Position numbers and translations under genes: made by a program
Source: Porphyridium purpureum
Lineage: Eukaryota
Direction: 5' to 3'
NCBI GenBank assembly: GCA_008690995.1
Contig: VRMN01000008.1
Coordinates: forward strand, 744,001 to 808,000
Length of the DNA: 64,000 bases
Shown here: piece after piece, positions 42,745-51,430 of the stretch
Layout: the number at the start of each line of letters is the position of its first letter
Position numbering within the stretch: the first letter of the stretch is position 1
Notes under the pieces: model-generated
Told to the model about the DNA's origin: nothing
What the model saw: only the letters and a program-made list of their open reading frames with translations
The model's database searches: none

Positions 42745-43611
42745 ATGTCGTTGGACCTTCCCGAGGGATGGCGGCTTGAGCACGTGAAGTGCGCGCCGCG
42801 GCTAAACTGTCAAAGCCATGAGGCCAAGACGGAGTGTCAGTATGTGCGTGCGCGCGTGTCCAAACGGCAGTCTCGGTTCCACGAAGTGGCGCGCATTGCA
42901 CGGGACGAGGCGGACGCCGAGCATGTGCGCATCAAGTACGTGTGCGATGGCACGACATTCTGCGCCAAAATAAGCCTGCTGGTGCCGCTCGTGCAGCGGC
43001 ACGCAGTGCTTTTAAGTCCGACGCTAGACGTGTACAGGACATTGTCCAGAGCGCAGCTGTATGCGCCATGCTTCTCGTTCCTCGAGTTGGGCTGTGCAGG
43101 CGGTGTCACGTGCGTGCGCCTCGCACAATACGAGCGCCTTCGGCTCGTTGCGGGGCTAGATAAGAGCGCGGAGCCCATTGAGCAAGCGCACACGCGTAAT
43201 GCGAAGATGCAAACACCAGACGGTTTGTCGCTGTTGTCGCCGCTCGTGTTCGCGCAGTGCGACGTCTTGGAACTGTCGGACTCGGAATTTTTGGCAGCGG
43301 CGCAGGCGCTGTGGTTCGATGCCAAGGTTCGAGCGACGCACGCGAGTTTACCGCCTACCGCTGAACCTGAGTGCGCCTCGCTCCATGGATCAGACGCCGG
43401 TGATTCTGGCACCTGCGGACTCTGTCGTCCAGACTGCGTTTTTACGCATGTGTGGATTGATCTGAACGGATCGCGAGACGTGGCAGTGCTGCAGTGCGTG
43501 GTGCAAAAGGTGCTACGAACGCTTCATCCGCTGCTCGTGTGTGTCAAAACGTCCAAGTGGTGCGAGCTCATCGATGCCGCGGATTCACCCCAGTGGCTCG
43601 TCACCCTATGA
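42745..43611 (+). CDS. SAM-dependent methyltransferase-fold protein
   Basis: Motif I LELGCAGG, VAGLD, FAQCDV. Confidence 0.65.
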   Translation: MSLDLPEGWRLEHVKCAPRLNCQSHEAKTECQYVRARVSKRQSRFHEVARIARDEADAEHVRIKYVCDGTTFCAKISLLVPLVQRHAVLLSPTLDVYRTLSRAQLYAPCFSFLELGCAGGVTCVRLAQYERLRLVAGLDKSAEPIEQAHTRNAKMQTPDGLSLLSPLVFAQCDVLELSDSEFLAAAQALWFDAKVRATHASLPPTAEPECASLHGSDAGDSGTCGLCRPDCVFTHVWIDLNGSRDVAVLQCVVQKVLRTLHPLLVCVKTSKWCELIDAADSPQWLVTL

Positions 43612-44086
43612 CGACGCGCGCCGCGGCGCATATTCTTGCGCAAAATGATAGCCTCAGATGGAAGGCGTGCGAAGCATTTCGAAGAAGAGACTGGACACAA
43701 TGTCCGCGCTGATTGCAGCATTGGGAATGCAGAGCGCGCGCGGCATACAGTGCAACCGCTCACGTGCGTGTCAGCACAGCTCATCTCTCGCCCGAGAACG
43801 TTGCTCTGGCTCGCACACGCTCAAGCCTCCGCGGCACCCTTAGTACTAAGTACAGTCCACTAATTTCCACTGTACCGCAGAACCCCGGACGAATTTTGAA
43901 AATTTGAATAACTGCGCGTGCGCAGAGTCGATCTCGGGGGCGCTTGCGCAAGTGGTGTGAGCGAGAGGCCGTAGTCCCACAATCGGCGCGGCAACAGCTG
44001 TTGAAGAGTCGTTGCGTACGGCGCTCGATAAGACAAGCAAGCAGGGAACGACCAGGGCTGGACACAGGGCTCGACGTTCGTAGCTC

Positions 44087-44812
44087 TTGCCGAGTATGCA
44101 GATGTCTGCAGGAGTTGGCGCTGCCGCCGCGCAGGCGCCAGATGCGGGCGCAGATGGAAAGAGTTCCGCGGCGGCAAACACGAGCGTGACGTTGCGTGGC
44201 TCCACAGAAATTGTGACCGAGTTCTTTGGGTATGGCGTGAATAGCATTCTTTTTCAGCGCGGAATTTACCCGCCCGAGTCGTTCACGCGTGTGAGCAAGT
44301 ATGGCCTCACTATGTTGGTGTCCAAGGACGACGCGCTGAAAAAGTACTTGAATGCGGTGCTGCAGAATGTGGGCGAATGGCTGCACCGCGGCGACGTCCG
44401 CAAGCTTGTGGTGGTGATTTCGAGCCTAGACTCTAACCGTGTGCTGGAACGCTGGGCGTTTGACGTGGAGATGGACGAGAATGCGCGCTCGATGGCCGCT
44501 GGCGCCAACAACAATGCAAGTTCTGGTGCTGGCGTCAGCGCAGGCAAGTCGGAGAAGCTGATTGCACAGGAAATTCAGGCCGTGATTCGGCAAATTACAT
44601 CGAGCGTGACATTTTTACCGCTCCTCAGTGAGCCGTGCTCTTTTGATCTCCTGGTTTACACGAGCAAGGATCTCGTGGAAGGGGCAGACTGGGAGCAGAG
44701 CGACCCGCGCCTCATCAAGTGTGCGCAGAACGTGCGGCTGCGCGGTTTCTCCACCAACATCCACTCGATCGACACGAACGTCGCTTACGCGGTAGACGAT
44801 GATGCAATGTAA
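44087..44812 (+). CDS. MAD2: Spindle checkpoint HORMA protein MAD2
   Basis: TLRGSTEIVTEFF.YGVNSILFQRGIYPPESF, ERWAF, IRQITSSVTFLP. Confidence 0.98.
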   Translation: MPSMQMSAGVGAAAAQAPDAGADGKSSAAANTSVTLRGSTEIVTEFFGYGVNSILFQRGIYPPESFTRVSKYGLTMLVSKDDALKKYLNAVLQNVGEWLHRGDVRKLVVVISSLDSNRVLERWAFDVEMDENARSMAAGANNNASSGAGVSAGKSEKLIAQEIQAVIRQITSSVTFLPLLSEPCSFDLLVYTSKDLVEGADWEQSDPRLIKCAQNVRLRGFSTNIHSIDTNVAYAVDDDAM

Positions 44813-45056
44813 ATGAATGAATGAGAAGAAGAGAAACATCGAACACGTGCGCTAGTCTCCCGTCCACCCGGTGCTTTCCGGATTTACTACGCGCGATACG
44901 TCTGACGAAGACTGTCTCTGCTTGGCTGTGAAAGTATTCTGATCACACACAAAACCTTGAAAGTCCAGAAGACGGTCGCGGGAATCGAGACACAAAATCT
45001 GAACCATTCGATCGTTCATCTGCGACGGCGTGAAGGGACTGGCTGGTTGGCAGGAG

Positions 45057-46307
45057 ATGCGGCGTGTGCAGGAGATTGCTAAAGCGCACGCTGGCATCGC
45101 GTGGTGCTTGGCATGGGCGCCGTCTGGTCGCATGCTTGCGTCGTGCGGGCAGGATTGTGCGTTGCGGATTTGGGCTCCGGCGTCGCAACAAGGACCAAAT
45201 GACGCCACGACATGGTCGTGCGTCGCCTCGCTTGGCGGCGCTGAGACGTCGATCCTGGAGGATGTGCGCAGCCGGGACGAAGAGCAAGATTTCGGCGACG
45301 GAGCGCGTTGTGTTTTCGCCCGCACGCTGCGCAGCGTGCAGTGGCACCCGGACGGCAACAGTCTGGCGCTCGCGTGCTTTGACGGCAGCGTGGTGATTGT
45401 CGAGTTGCGACGGAACGTGGTCGTGAACCAGCAGGGACGCACAGTGCTCCGACTGCACGTGGTGAGCGAGCTGCGCGGACATGATGCCGAGGTGAAGCGT
45501 GTGGCCTATTCACGCAGCGGAACGCTTCTTGCGACGTGCTCGCGGGACAAATCGGTGTGGATATGGGAGTCTGCGCTGGATTTAGATTACGAATGTGTCG
45601 CGGTACTGAGCGGACACACTGCCGATGTCAAATGCCTTGCGTGGCACCCCTTGCGCGACCGCCTGCTCAGTGGTGGCTACGACGGCTCCATGCGCGCATG
45701 GCAAGAGGATGAGGATGACGGCGGGGATTTTGGCATCGTCTCGCTCGTAGCCGGGGTCCATGCGACGGTGTGGGATCTCGCGTATGAGCTGCCCTTCGTC
45801 TGCCTTGAAGACAGCGGACGGGACGGCGATGATCCCGAACATGCGATGACGACGACAAGCCAGACGTTGCGGCTGGCGTCCGTGGGAGACGAGGGTGCCT
45901 TGGTGATCTGGGAATGCACAGAACCAGATCCGCTCAAGTTGGGTGCACGAGAACCGTCTTGGAAGAGCGCATGCATGCGCGCGCACGCACACGCTCGGCC
46001 CATCTTTTCGGTTGACTGGTCCCCAGCCCCCAACGCACGCATCGCCACGGGCGGTGGCGACGACTGCATCCGCATCTGGCGCATCGACGATGGCAACAAT
46101 CTGGAAGTAGAGCACGAAGTGCTCGCTGCACATCGCGGCGAAGTGAACTGTGTTGCTTGGCAGCCCCGCATTCGAGACGCTGCAGGCGACCGGGCGTCCT
46201 GGTCGAACGGAAGCTCGCAGGAAGAGAGACAAACGGAAGAATCGCATCTTCTGGCATCGTGCGGAGACGACGGTAGTATCGTCTTGTGGGAGGTTGCCGC
46301 GACGTGA
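45057..46307 (+). CDS. CIA1: Cytosolic Fe-S assembly WD40 protein CIA1/CIAO1
   Basis: GHDAEVK.VA, LATCSRDKSVWIWE, YECVAVL.GH..DVK, AH.GEVNCV.W. Confidence 0.93.
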   Translation: MRRVQEIAKAHAGIAWCLAWAPSGRMLASCGQDCALRIWAPASQQGPNDATTWSCVASLGGAETSILEDVRSRDEEQDFGDGARCVFARTLRSVQWHPDGNSLALACFDGSVVIVELRRNVVVNQQGRTVLRLHVVSELRGHDAEVKRVAYSRSGTLLATCSRDKSVWIWESALDLDYECVAVLSGHTADVKCLAWHPLRDRLLSGGYDGSMRAWQEDEDDGGDFGIVSLVAGVHATVWDLAYELPFVCLEDSGRDGDDPEHAMTTTSQTLRLASVGDEGALVIWECTEPDPLKLGAREPSWKSACMRAHAHARPIFSVDWSPAPNARIATGGGDDCIRIWRIDDGNNLEVEHEVLAAHRGEVNCVAWQPRIRDAAGDRASWSNGSSQEERQTEESHLLASCGDDGSIVLWEVAAT

Positions 46308-47045
46308 TAAATACCGAGCAGTCATAGGGGCCGTTGCGCTTTCTTGCACTTGCGGACCGCGTCGCATGCGCTTCACTAGTGGATGGGCACATAGGACTAG
46401 TGCCAGAACGTCAAACACGACGAAGCACGTGGGAGAAGCGTATGGCACTCGCGGGCCCTTTGTGGGCGTCGTATGCCGTGGTCACTACGCTATACACAAA
46501 CGCGCTTCGCGTGGCGTGCCGTGGACTCGGACGGAATTAGTATTGCAATGGTGGTGTGGAATCCATGAGATACTGTTACGCGCCTGCACGAGGCGACCGA
46601 TCTATTTCCAGTGCACGAATCGGGCAGTAGCGGAATCGCACGGCTCTGCATCCAACCTCCAGGCCGCAGCCAGCGCACAAGGCTGTGTGAGTTTTGTGTC
46701 GTTCCAGCCCTTGAATCTTTTGCGATGCGCGAATGACCACCCAAGCAGGCGCAGAATATCGGTGGTGCAGCAGCGCAGCCGTTGATTTTTTTGCTTGGGG
46801 CGCGAGTTTGCGACTCTCAAAAAAAAACCGCGCCAAACCGAGAAAAAAACTCATAAAACGCGCCCGTTTTGCGGGAGTACAGCTGCTTGCCACTGTACTT
46901 GCATTGTGAACTCGGAAATGAACAAGCTCGCGAACGAGGGAGAGGTCGGTGTGCAGAGAGGCAGGCTGGTTGGTGGCGAGAGGCAACGTGGAGTGGCTGT
47001 CCTCTTGCCGCAGCGGCTTTAGCGTCTGGCACAAGGAGAGAGATC

Positions 47046-49166
47046 ATGGCGTTCTGCTGCTTGCATGCGTGGGGCGCAGTGTCGACTGCTCATGCACGCG
47101 CGCGCACTGGCACGCCAGGCTGCAGGTCGCGCGGTCCCGTTTGCAGACAAAGCGTTGTGTCGTGGACGGCGCGCAAATATGATGAAAGCAGTGTGCTGTT
47201 CTTTGCGCAGCGGGCGGGTCCCGTGCGGACGTCGAGATCTCGAGGCTCCTGTCGGACTGTCGCGAGTGCTGCGCAACAGCCTCCGTCCGCGCCTGCGGAA
47301 GCATGTATGGCTGCGTTTTCTGTGGAGGTGACGGACATGTCGGGTCACGCTGGGGCAGTTGGTATTGACTCTGAAGGTTCGGAGAATAAGACCTGTATAC
47401 CATCCGTGATATCGTCTGCAGCAGCCGCAGGTAGTAGCAACGTTCGGCACACGGAGGGTGCACCTCCGCACTTGTCTGCGCGCACAGTGGTGGTGCTGGA
47501 TACTAACGTGGTTTTGGATGATTACGCGTGTGTCTACGCGTTTGGGAGCAGCGACGTGTGCATCCCATTGACTGTGATTGAGGAGCTCGACAAATTCAAA
47601 GAGGGAAACGAGGAGTCCAACTATAATGCGCGCAGCTTTCTGCGCTTCCTGGACGAGGTGTCCCGCAGCGCAGTGGAACTGGAAGCACTGCGCACCACCG
47701 GACTACCGCTTGGTCCTGGAGACGACTTTGCGACTGGTGACTGCAGTGGAGAGGACCAAGCGTGTGGGCGGCTTTTACTGACACACGGTAGCCGCAACGG
47801 AGCCATTGAGCGTGCATTCTTCTACGACTCGCCAGACAACCGGATTCTTAGCGCCGTAGCGGAACTGGCGGAAAGACGCACGCACGATCGCATCATTCTT
47901 GTCACGCGAGATGTCAATTTGCGCATGAAGGCGCGTGCGCTTGGGTTTGAGGCCGATGACCACGAGCCAGCGATGTCTGGCACGACCGGTCAGGGGCAAC
48001 GGTACCGCGACGCTGATGATGATGATGTGTACTCAGGCGTACGGCTGATCGAGCATGTGTCTTCCGAAGCAATCAGTGGATTTTTCGCATCCACTACTCC
48101 GAGCAGCAGCAGTACCGACTTTTGCAACAGCAAGAATAACAAAGACAGCAACCAGGCTGACACTGCGCCACTTGCTAGCGGCAAGCAACATGGCAGTGGT
48201 GGAAAGAAAAAGGAGAGCAGTGCCGCCGGCACACGGGCAGATGATTTCGCAAGATCTGACCGCTCTGTATCTGAATATGCACCGAGCCCTGCCTCGGTTT
48301 CATCGTCCATGCCCTCCTCAGTAGCCGAGGAAGTTTTGAGGCCATTTTTTGCGCAGCGCAAGCAGCCGAAACCGAACGAGTTCTTTGTCCTCCGCAACTG
48401 CACCTCATCGGTGCTCGCCACGTACGCGTTTGACGAGTCGCGCGCAAGGTTTGCGTTTGGACGAGTTCAACGGCGCACGGTGTATGGCATCACGCCGCGC
48501 AACGCTGAACAGGTCTTTGCGCTCGACGCGCTTCTTAATCCCAAGCTGCCGTTGGTGGCGCTGAGCGGTCGCGCCGGCACGGGCAAAACTCTGTTGGCGA
48601 TCGCCGCCGCGTTGGAGCAACTGATAGAAGGCACGGGTCAGAATCAGCAGCGATATGAGCAGGTTCTGGTTACGCGACCTGCCGTACCGTTAAGTGGTCG
48701 TGACTCGGGGTTTTTACCGGGCGATATCAACTCGAAGCTCGAACCATTTGTGCAGCCGCTCTTTGACAATGTTGCCGTAATCCGTGCAGCTAACTCCCAG
48801 CGTAATTACCAGGGCAAACTTGTGGAAAACGCGCGCGCTCTAGCCATAGCACAAATGCTAGAACAAGACAAGATCAAGATTGCGCCTTTGTCTTATATTC
48901 GCGGGCGGTCGCTGCATCGCTCGTTGCTCATCGTGGACGAGGCACAGAACCTTTCGCCGCGTGAGGTGCTTTGTATCTGTACGCGCGCAGGTGACGGCAC
49001 CAAAATCGTGTTCATGGGTGACATTCAGCAGACCGATCTTGTTTCGCGCAAGAACGGCCTCGCGCACCTCATCGAACGCATGTCTGGGCAGCGCATCTTT
49101 GCACACCTGGATCTCAAGCAGTGTGAGCGCAGCGAGCTTGCTAGTATCGCCAGCGAACTTTTGTAG
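47046..49166 (+). CDS. PIN-PhoH (PhoH2/YlaK-type) protein with predicted plastid transit peptide
   Basis: PIN VLDTNV..VIEELD..DNRIL..TRDVNLR.KA; Walker A GRAGTGKT, GFLPG, RGRS, DEAQN, GD..Q; N-terminal MAF Ser/Arg-rich leader. Confidence 0.9.
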   Translation: MAFCCLHAWGAVSTAHARARTGTPGCRSRGPVCRQSVVSWTARKYDESSVLFFAQRAGPVRTSRSRGSCRTVASAAQQPPSAPAEACMAAFSVEVTDMSGHAGAVGIDSEGSENKTCIPSVISSAAAAGSSNVRHTEGAPPHLSARTVVVLDTNVVLDDYACVYAFGSSDVCIPLTVIEELDKFKEGNEESNYNARSFLRFLDEVSRSAVELEALRTTGLPLGPGDDFATGDCSGEDQACGRLLLTHGSRNGAIERAFFYDSPDNRILSAVAELAERRTHDRIILVTRDVNLRMKARALGFEADDHEPAMSGTTGQGQRYRDADDDDVYSGVRLIEHVSSEAISGFFASTTPSSSSTDFCNSKNNKDSNQADTAPLASGKQHGSGGKKKESSAAGTRADDFARSDRSVSEYAPSPASVSSSMPSSVAEEVLRPFFAQRKQPKPNEFFVLRNCTSSVLATYAFDESRARFAFGRVQRRTVYGITPRNAEQVFALDALLNPKLPLVALSGRAGTGKTLLAIAAALEQLIEGTGQNQQRYEQVLVTRPAVPLSGRDSGFLPGDINSKLEPFVQPLFDNVAVIRAANSQRNYQGKLVENARALAIAQMLEQDKIKIAPLSYIRGRSLHRSLLIVDEAQNLSPREVLCICTRAGDGTKIVFMGDIQQTDLVSRKNGLAHLIERMSGQRIFAHLDLKQCERSELASIASELL

Positions 49167-49549
49167 GGCACGCGGCGGCCCGCATTTTGTCAGTGAATGT
49201 GTAACATATGAATTCGAGGCTAGTCATTGGAAGTTCCAACGCCGATCTTTTCCGCTCGTGTATCTCATCTAAAGCTTGCTCTTCGACAAAAGGAGAAAAA
49301 AAAGAAAAAAAAAGCAAAGATAAACCCTTCAGAAAGAAGGCGATATGATTTACATGGAAAAGCGCCTGCGCTCAAGTCTGATGTTCAAGACTTCGTTTGT
49401 TGCCTTTTGTCCTGTCCTTTTGTGTGTTTGCCGCTCTTCAAAAGTCCGGTTCCAGTTTCAAAGACTGACCACGCGACGCCTGAAGCCTATTCTTGCCGTA
49501 TTTGGTCGCTGGAGAGTAGCCCTTGACATTAAAGTGCAGCGAGCGCCCA

Positions 49550-51052
49550 TCAATCATTGAGCGGAAGGGAAAAGTCAGGAAAGGGACCAACCGGCACGAT
49601 CATACCCGGGTTCAGAGGAAATAAGCTGGTAAAGTAGGCGGTACGCGTGCCTTCCAGGTCGCTGACCTCTGGAACGCCGGGCATCTGGTAAATACGTCGT
49701 GCCCATGCCCACAAATGAGGGTAGTCGTTGCCGCTACAAATTCGTTTGGTCGCGCAGCGGAACAAAGTCGCATACACAGCGTCCAGCCGAAAAACTGTAG
49801 GAAACAGAAACACATCTGCCTCGCTGAGTTGCGTGCCTAGCAGAAAGGGCCCGCCCGTTGCCTGCAGCCTGGCCTCCATCGCGTCCAATGCACTAAATAG
49901 TGATCTACTTGCCTCTTCATGCGCGCTCTGAGTTGTCGCAAAACCCGCACGGTAAACACCATTATTGATGTCCGAATAGATGCGCTGAAGAAGCTCGTCC
50001 AGTCCGCTGTCAGTGCTGCGTCCCGCGGAACTGTCTTTGTGCGCTGGATCCGCGGGCTGGCCACCTCCGCGATTCCCCCACATAATTGATATCCCACTGA
50101 TAGGAGCAGCTTTGATGCTTTGGTCGAGCACGGCTTTGGCCGTCTGCTGCTGCGGCAACACTTGCAGCTCGCAAAGCATTCGGACGATATCGGCGCTCTC
50201 GTTGCTTACGATTCGGCCTGTGTGCGTATCCACAAGCAGTGGTGCTGTGCAGCGCCCGCGGTATGAAGGCGCGAACTTGCGGTAGGTGTCGCGGACAGTG
50301 CGCTCATTCTCCTTTGCGGCGTCAGACGTAGGATTGCACAGCCGCCACACACCCGACGGGGACGGTTCGAGCAACTGCACGTCGAGAAGGTGCTCCATAC
50401 CCAAGAGCGCTCGCACGAGGAGTACGCGGTGGCACCACGGGCACGACAATCCCACGTAGAGCATGTATCGGCCCGTCACCGTACCTTCCGCAGCTTGCGG
50501 GACCGGGAACTCGGCGCCCAGCTCACGCGAAATTCGACCGCGGAAAGCGCTTGGTGGGCGTTGATACTCACCTTTTGCGGACGACGGTGCGAGTTCATTC
50601 ATCATGATCAACCAAATGGACTTCCAGAAAAACCGCGCAAATGAGACCAGAGCCGCAAACGCAGCGCCGCGCTCTAAAATGCCCAACCGTAAGGGCAGCT
50701 TCAAGCCGGTCTTGCCGTTCTGCCCGCTGACATTTCGATCCTCGTCCAAAGCAGAAGAACTCGTGTCAGCAGATGTGCTAGGTAAATTGGCGTCCATGCG
50801 AGCGCTATTGTCTTCCGCGCGTGGACTGATCTCGTCGCGGCTCCTCTCCTTGCATATGACACGCGTGCCGCGAAACTTTGGGAACAATGCTACAACGCCT
50901 CGCTTCCGACAGAGCACCGAGCCCGCAGTAGAGCAACGCGAGATGTTCCGCTGCTTTCTCTCTGTTCTCACTGCCGCTGCGGCTCGTTCGAGGCCACCGA
51001 CCCCGGCAGAAAGCTCCTGCGGGCAAGGACCCACTCCAACAAAGGCGAACAT
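49550..51052 (-). CDS. Glutathionyl-hydroquinone reductase (YqjG/ECM4, GST omega/Xi-like), plastid-targeted
   Basis: CPWCHR, IVSNESADI, INNGVYRAGFA, LNPG.IVP.GP; MFAF leader. Confidence 0.93.
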   Translation of the reverse strand: MFAFVGVGPCPQELSAGVGGLERAAAAVRTERKQRNISRCSTAGSVLCRKRGVVALFPKFRGTRVICKERSRDEISPRAEDNSARMDANLPSTSADTSSSALDEDRNVSGQNGKTGLKLPLRLGILERGAAFAALVSFARFFWKSIWLIMMNELAPSSAKGEYQRPPSAFRGRISRELGAEFPVPQAAEGTVTGRYMLYVGLSCPWCHRVLLVRALLGMEHLLDVQLLEPSPSGVWRLCNPTSDAAKENERTVRDTYRKFAPSYRGRCTAPLLVDTHTGRIVSNESADIVRMLCELQVLPQQQTAKAVLDQSIKAAPISGISIMWGNRGGGQPADPAHKDSSAGRSTDSGLDELLQRIYSDINNGVYRAGFATTQSAHEEASRSLFSALDAMEARLQATGGPFLLGTQLSEADVFLFPTVFRLDAVYATLFRCATKRICSGNDYPHLWAWARRIYQMPGVPEVSDLEGTRTAYFTSLFPLNPGMIVPVGPFPDFSLPLND

Positions 51053-51430
51053 GACGCAAAGACCCGCGCGTGTGTTTTGCGCATGCGCGTGCGCCGTCCG
51101 TGCAGGAGCCGATTGCGGATGCTCAGACGCACGCTGCTGTCCCGGAAGCGTTCAGACCCGGTGAGACGAGGAGGACCGCTGCGCTGTCAATGCCACTCGA
51201 GGTCATTTATCTCGCGGCAAGAGGCGCACGACTCGTGCTAGTACTGTGCGAGCGTACAGTTTTGTCGAGCAGGTCGGAGTGGGCGACACGGCGACCGGCG
51301 TGCGCGTCCTGCCTGCGAGAGAAGCACGTTCAGCATTCGCAGCGCGGGTTGTTTCGAGGCGTGCGACGCTTTCTCCTGCGCGTCGTGGGCAAGCGCCGCA
51401 GACTGGCTTCGTGCCGAGTTCTGCGTCTGG

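Noticed and set aside
301..46307. Genome-maintenance gene cluster (FANCD2-like, HMCES, MAD2, CIA1)
   Set aside because: Dispersed among unrelated housekeeping genes; expected by chance in a compact genome.
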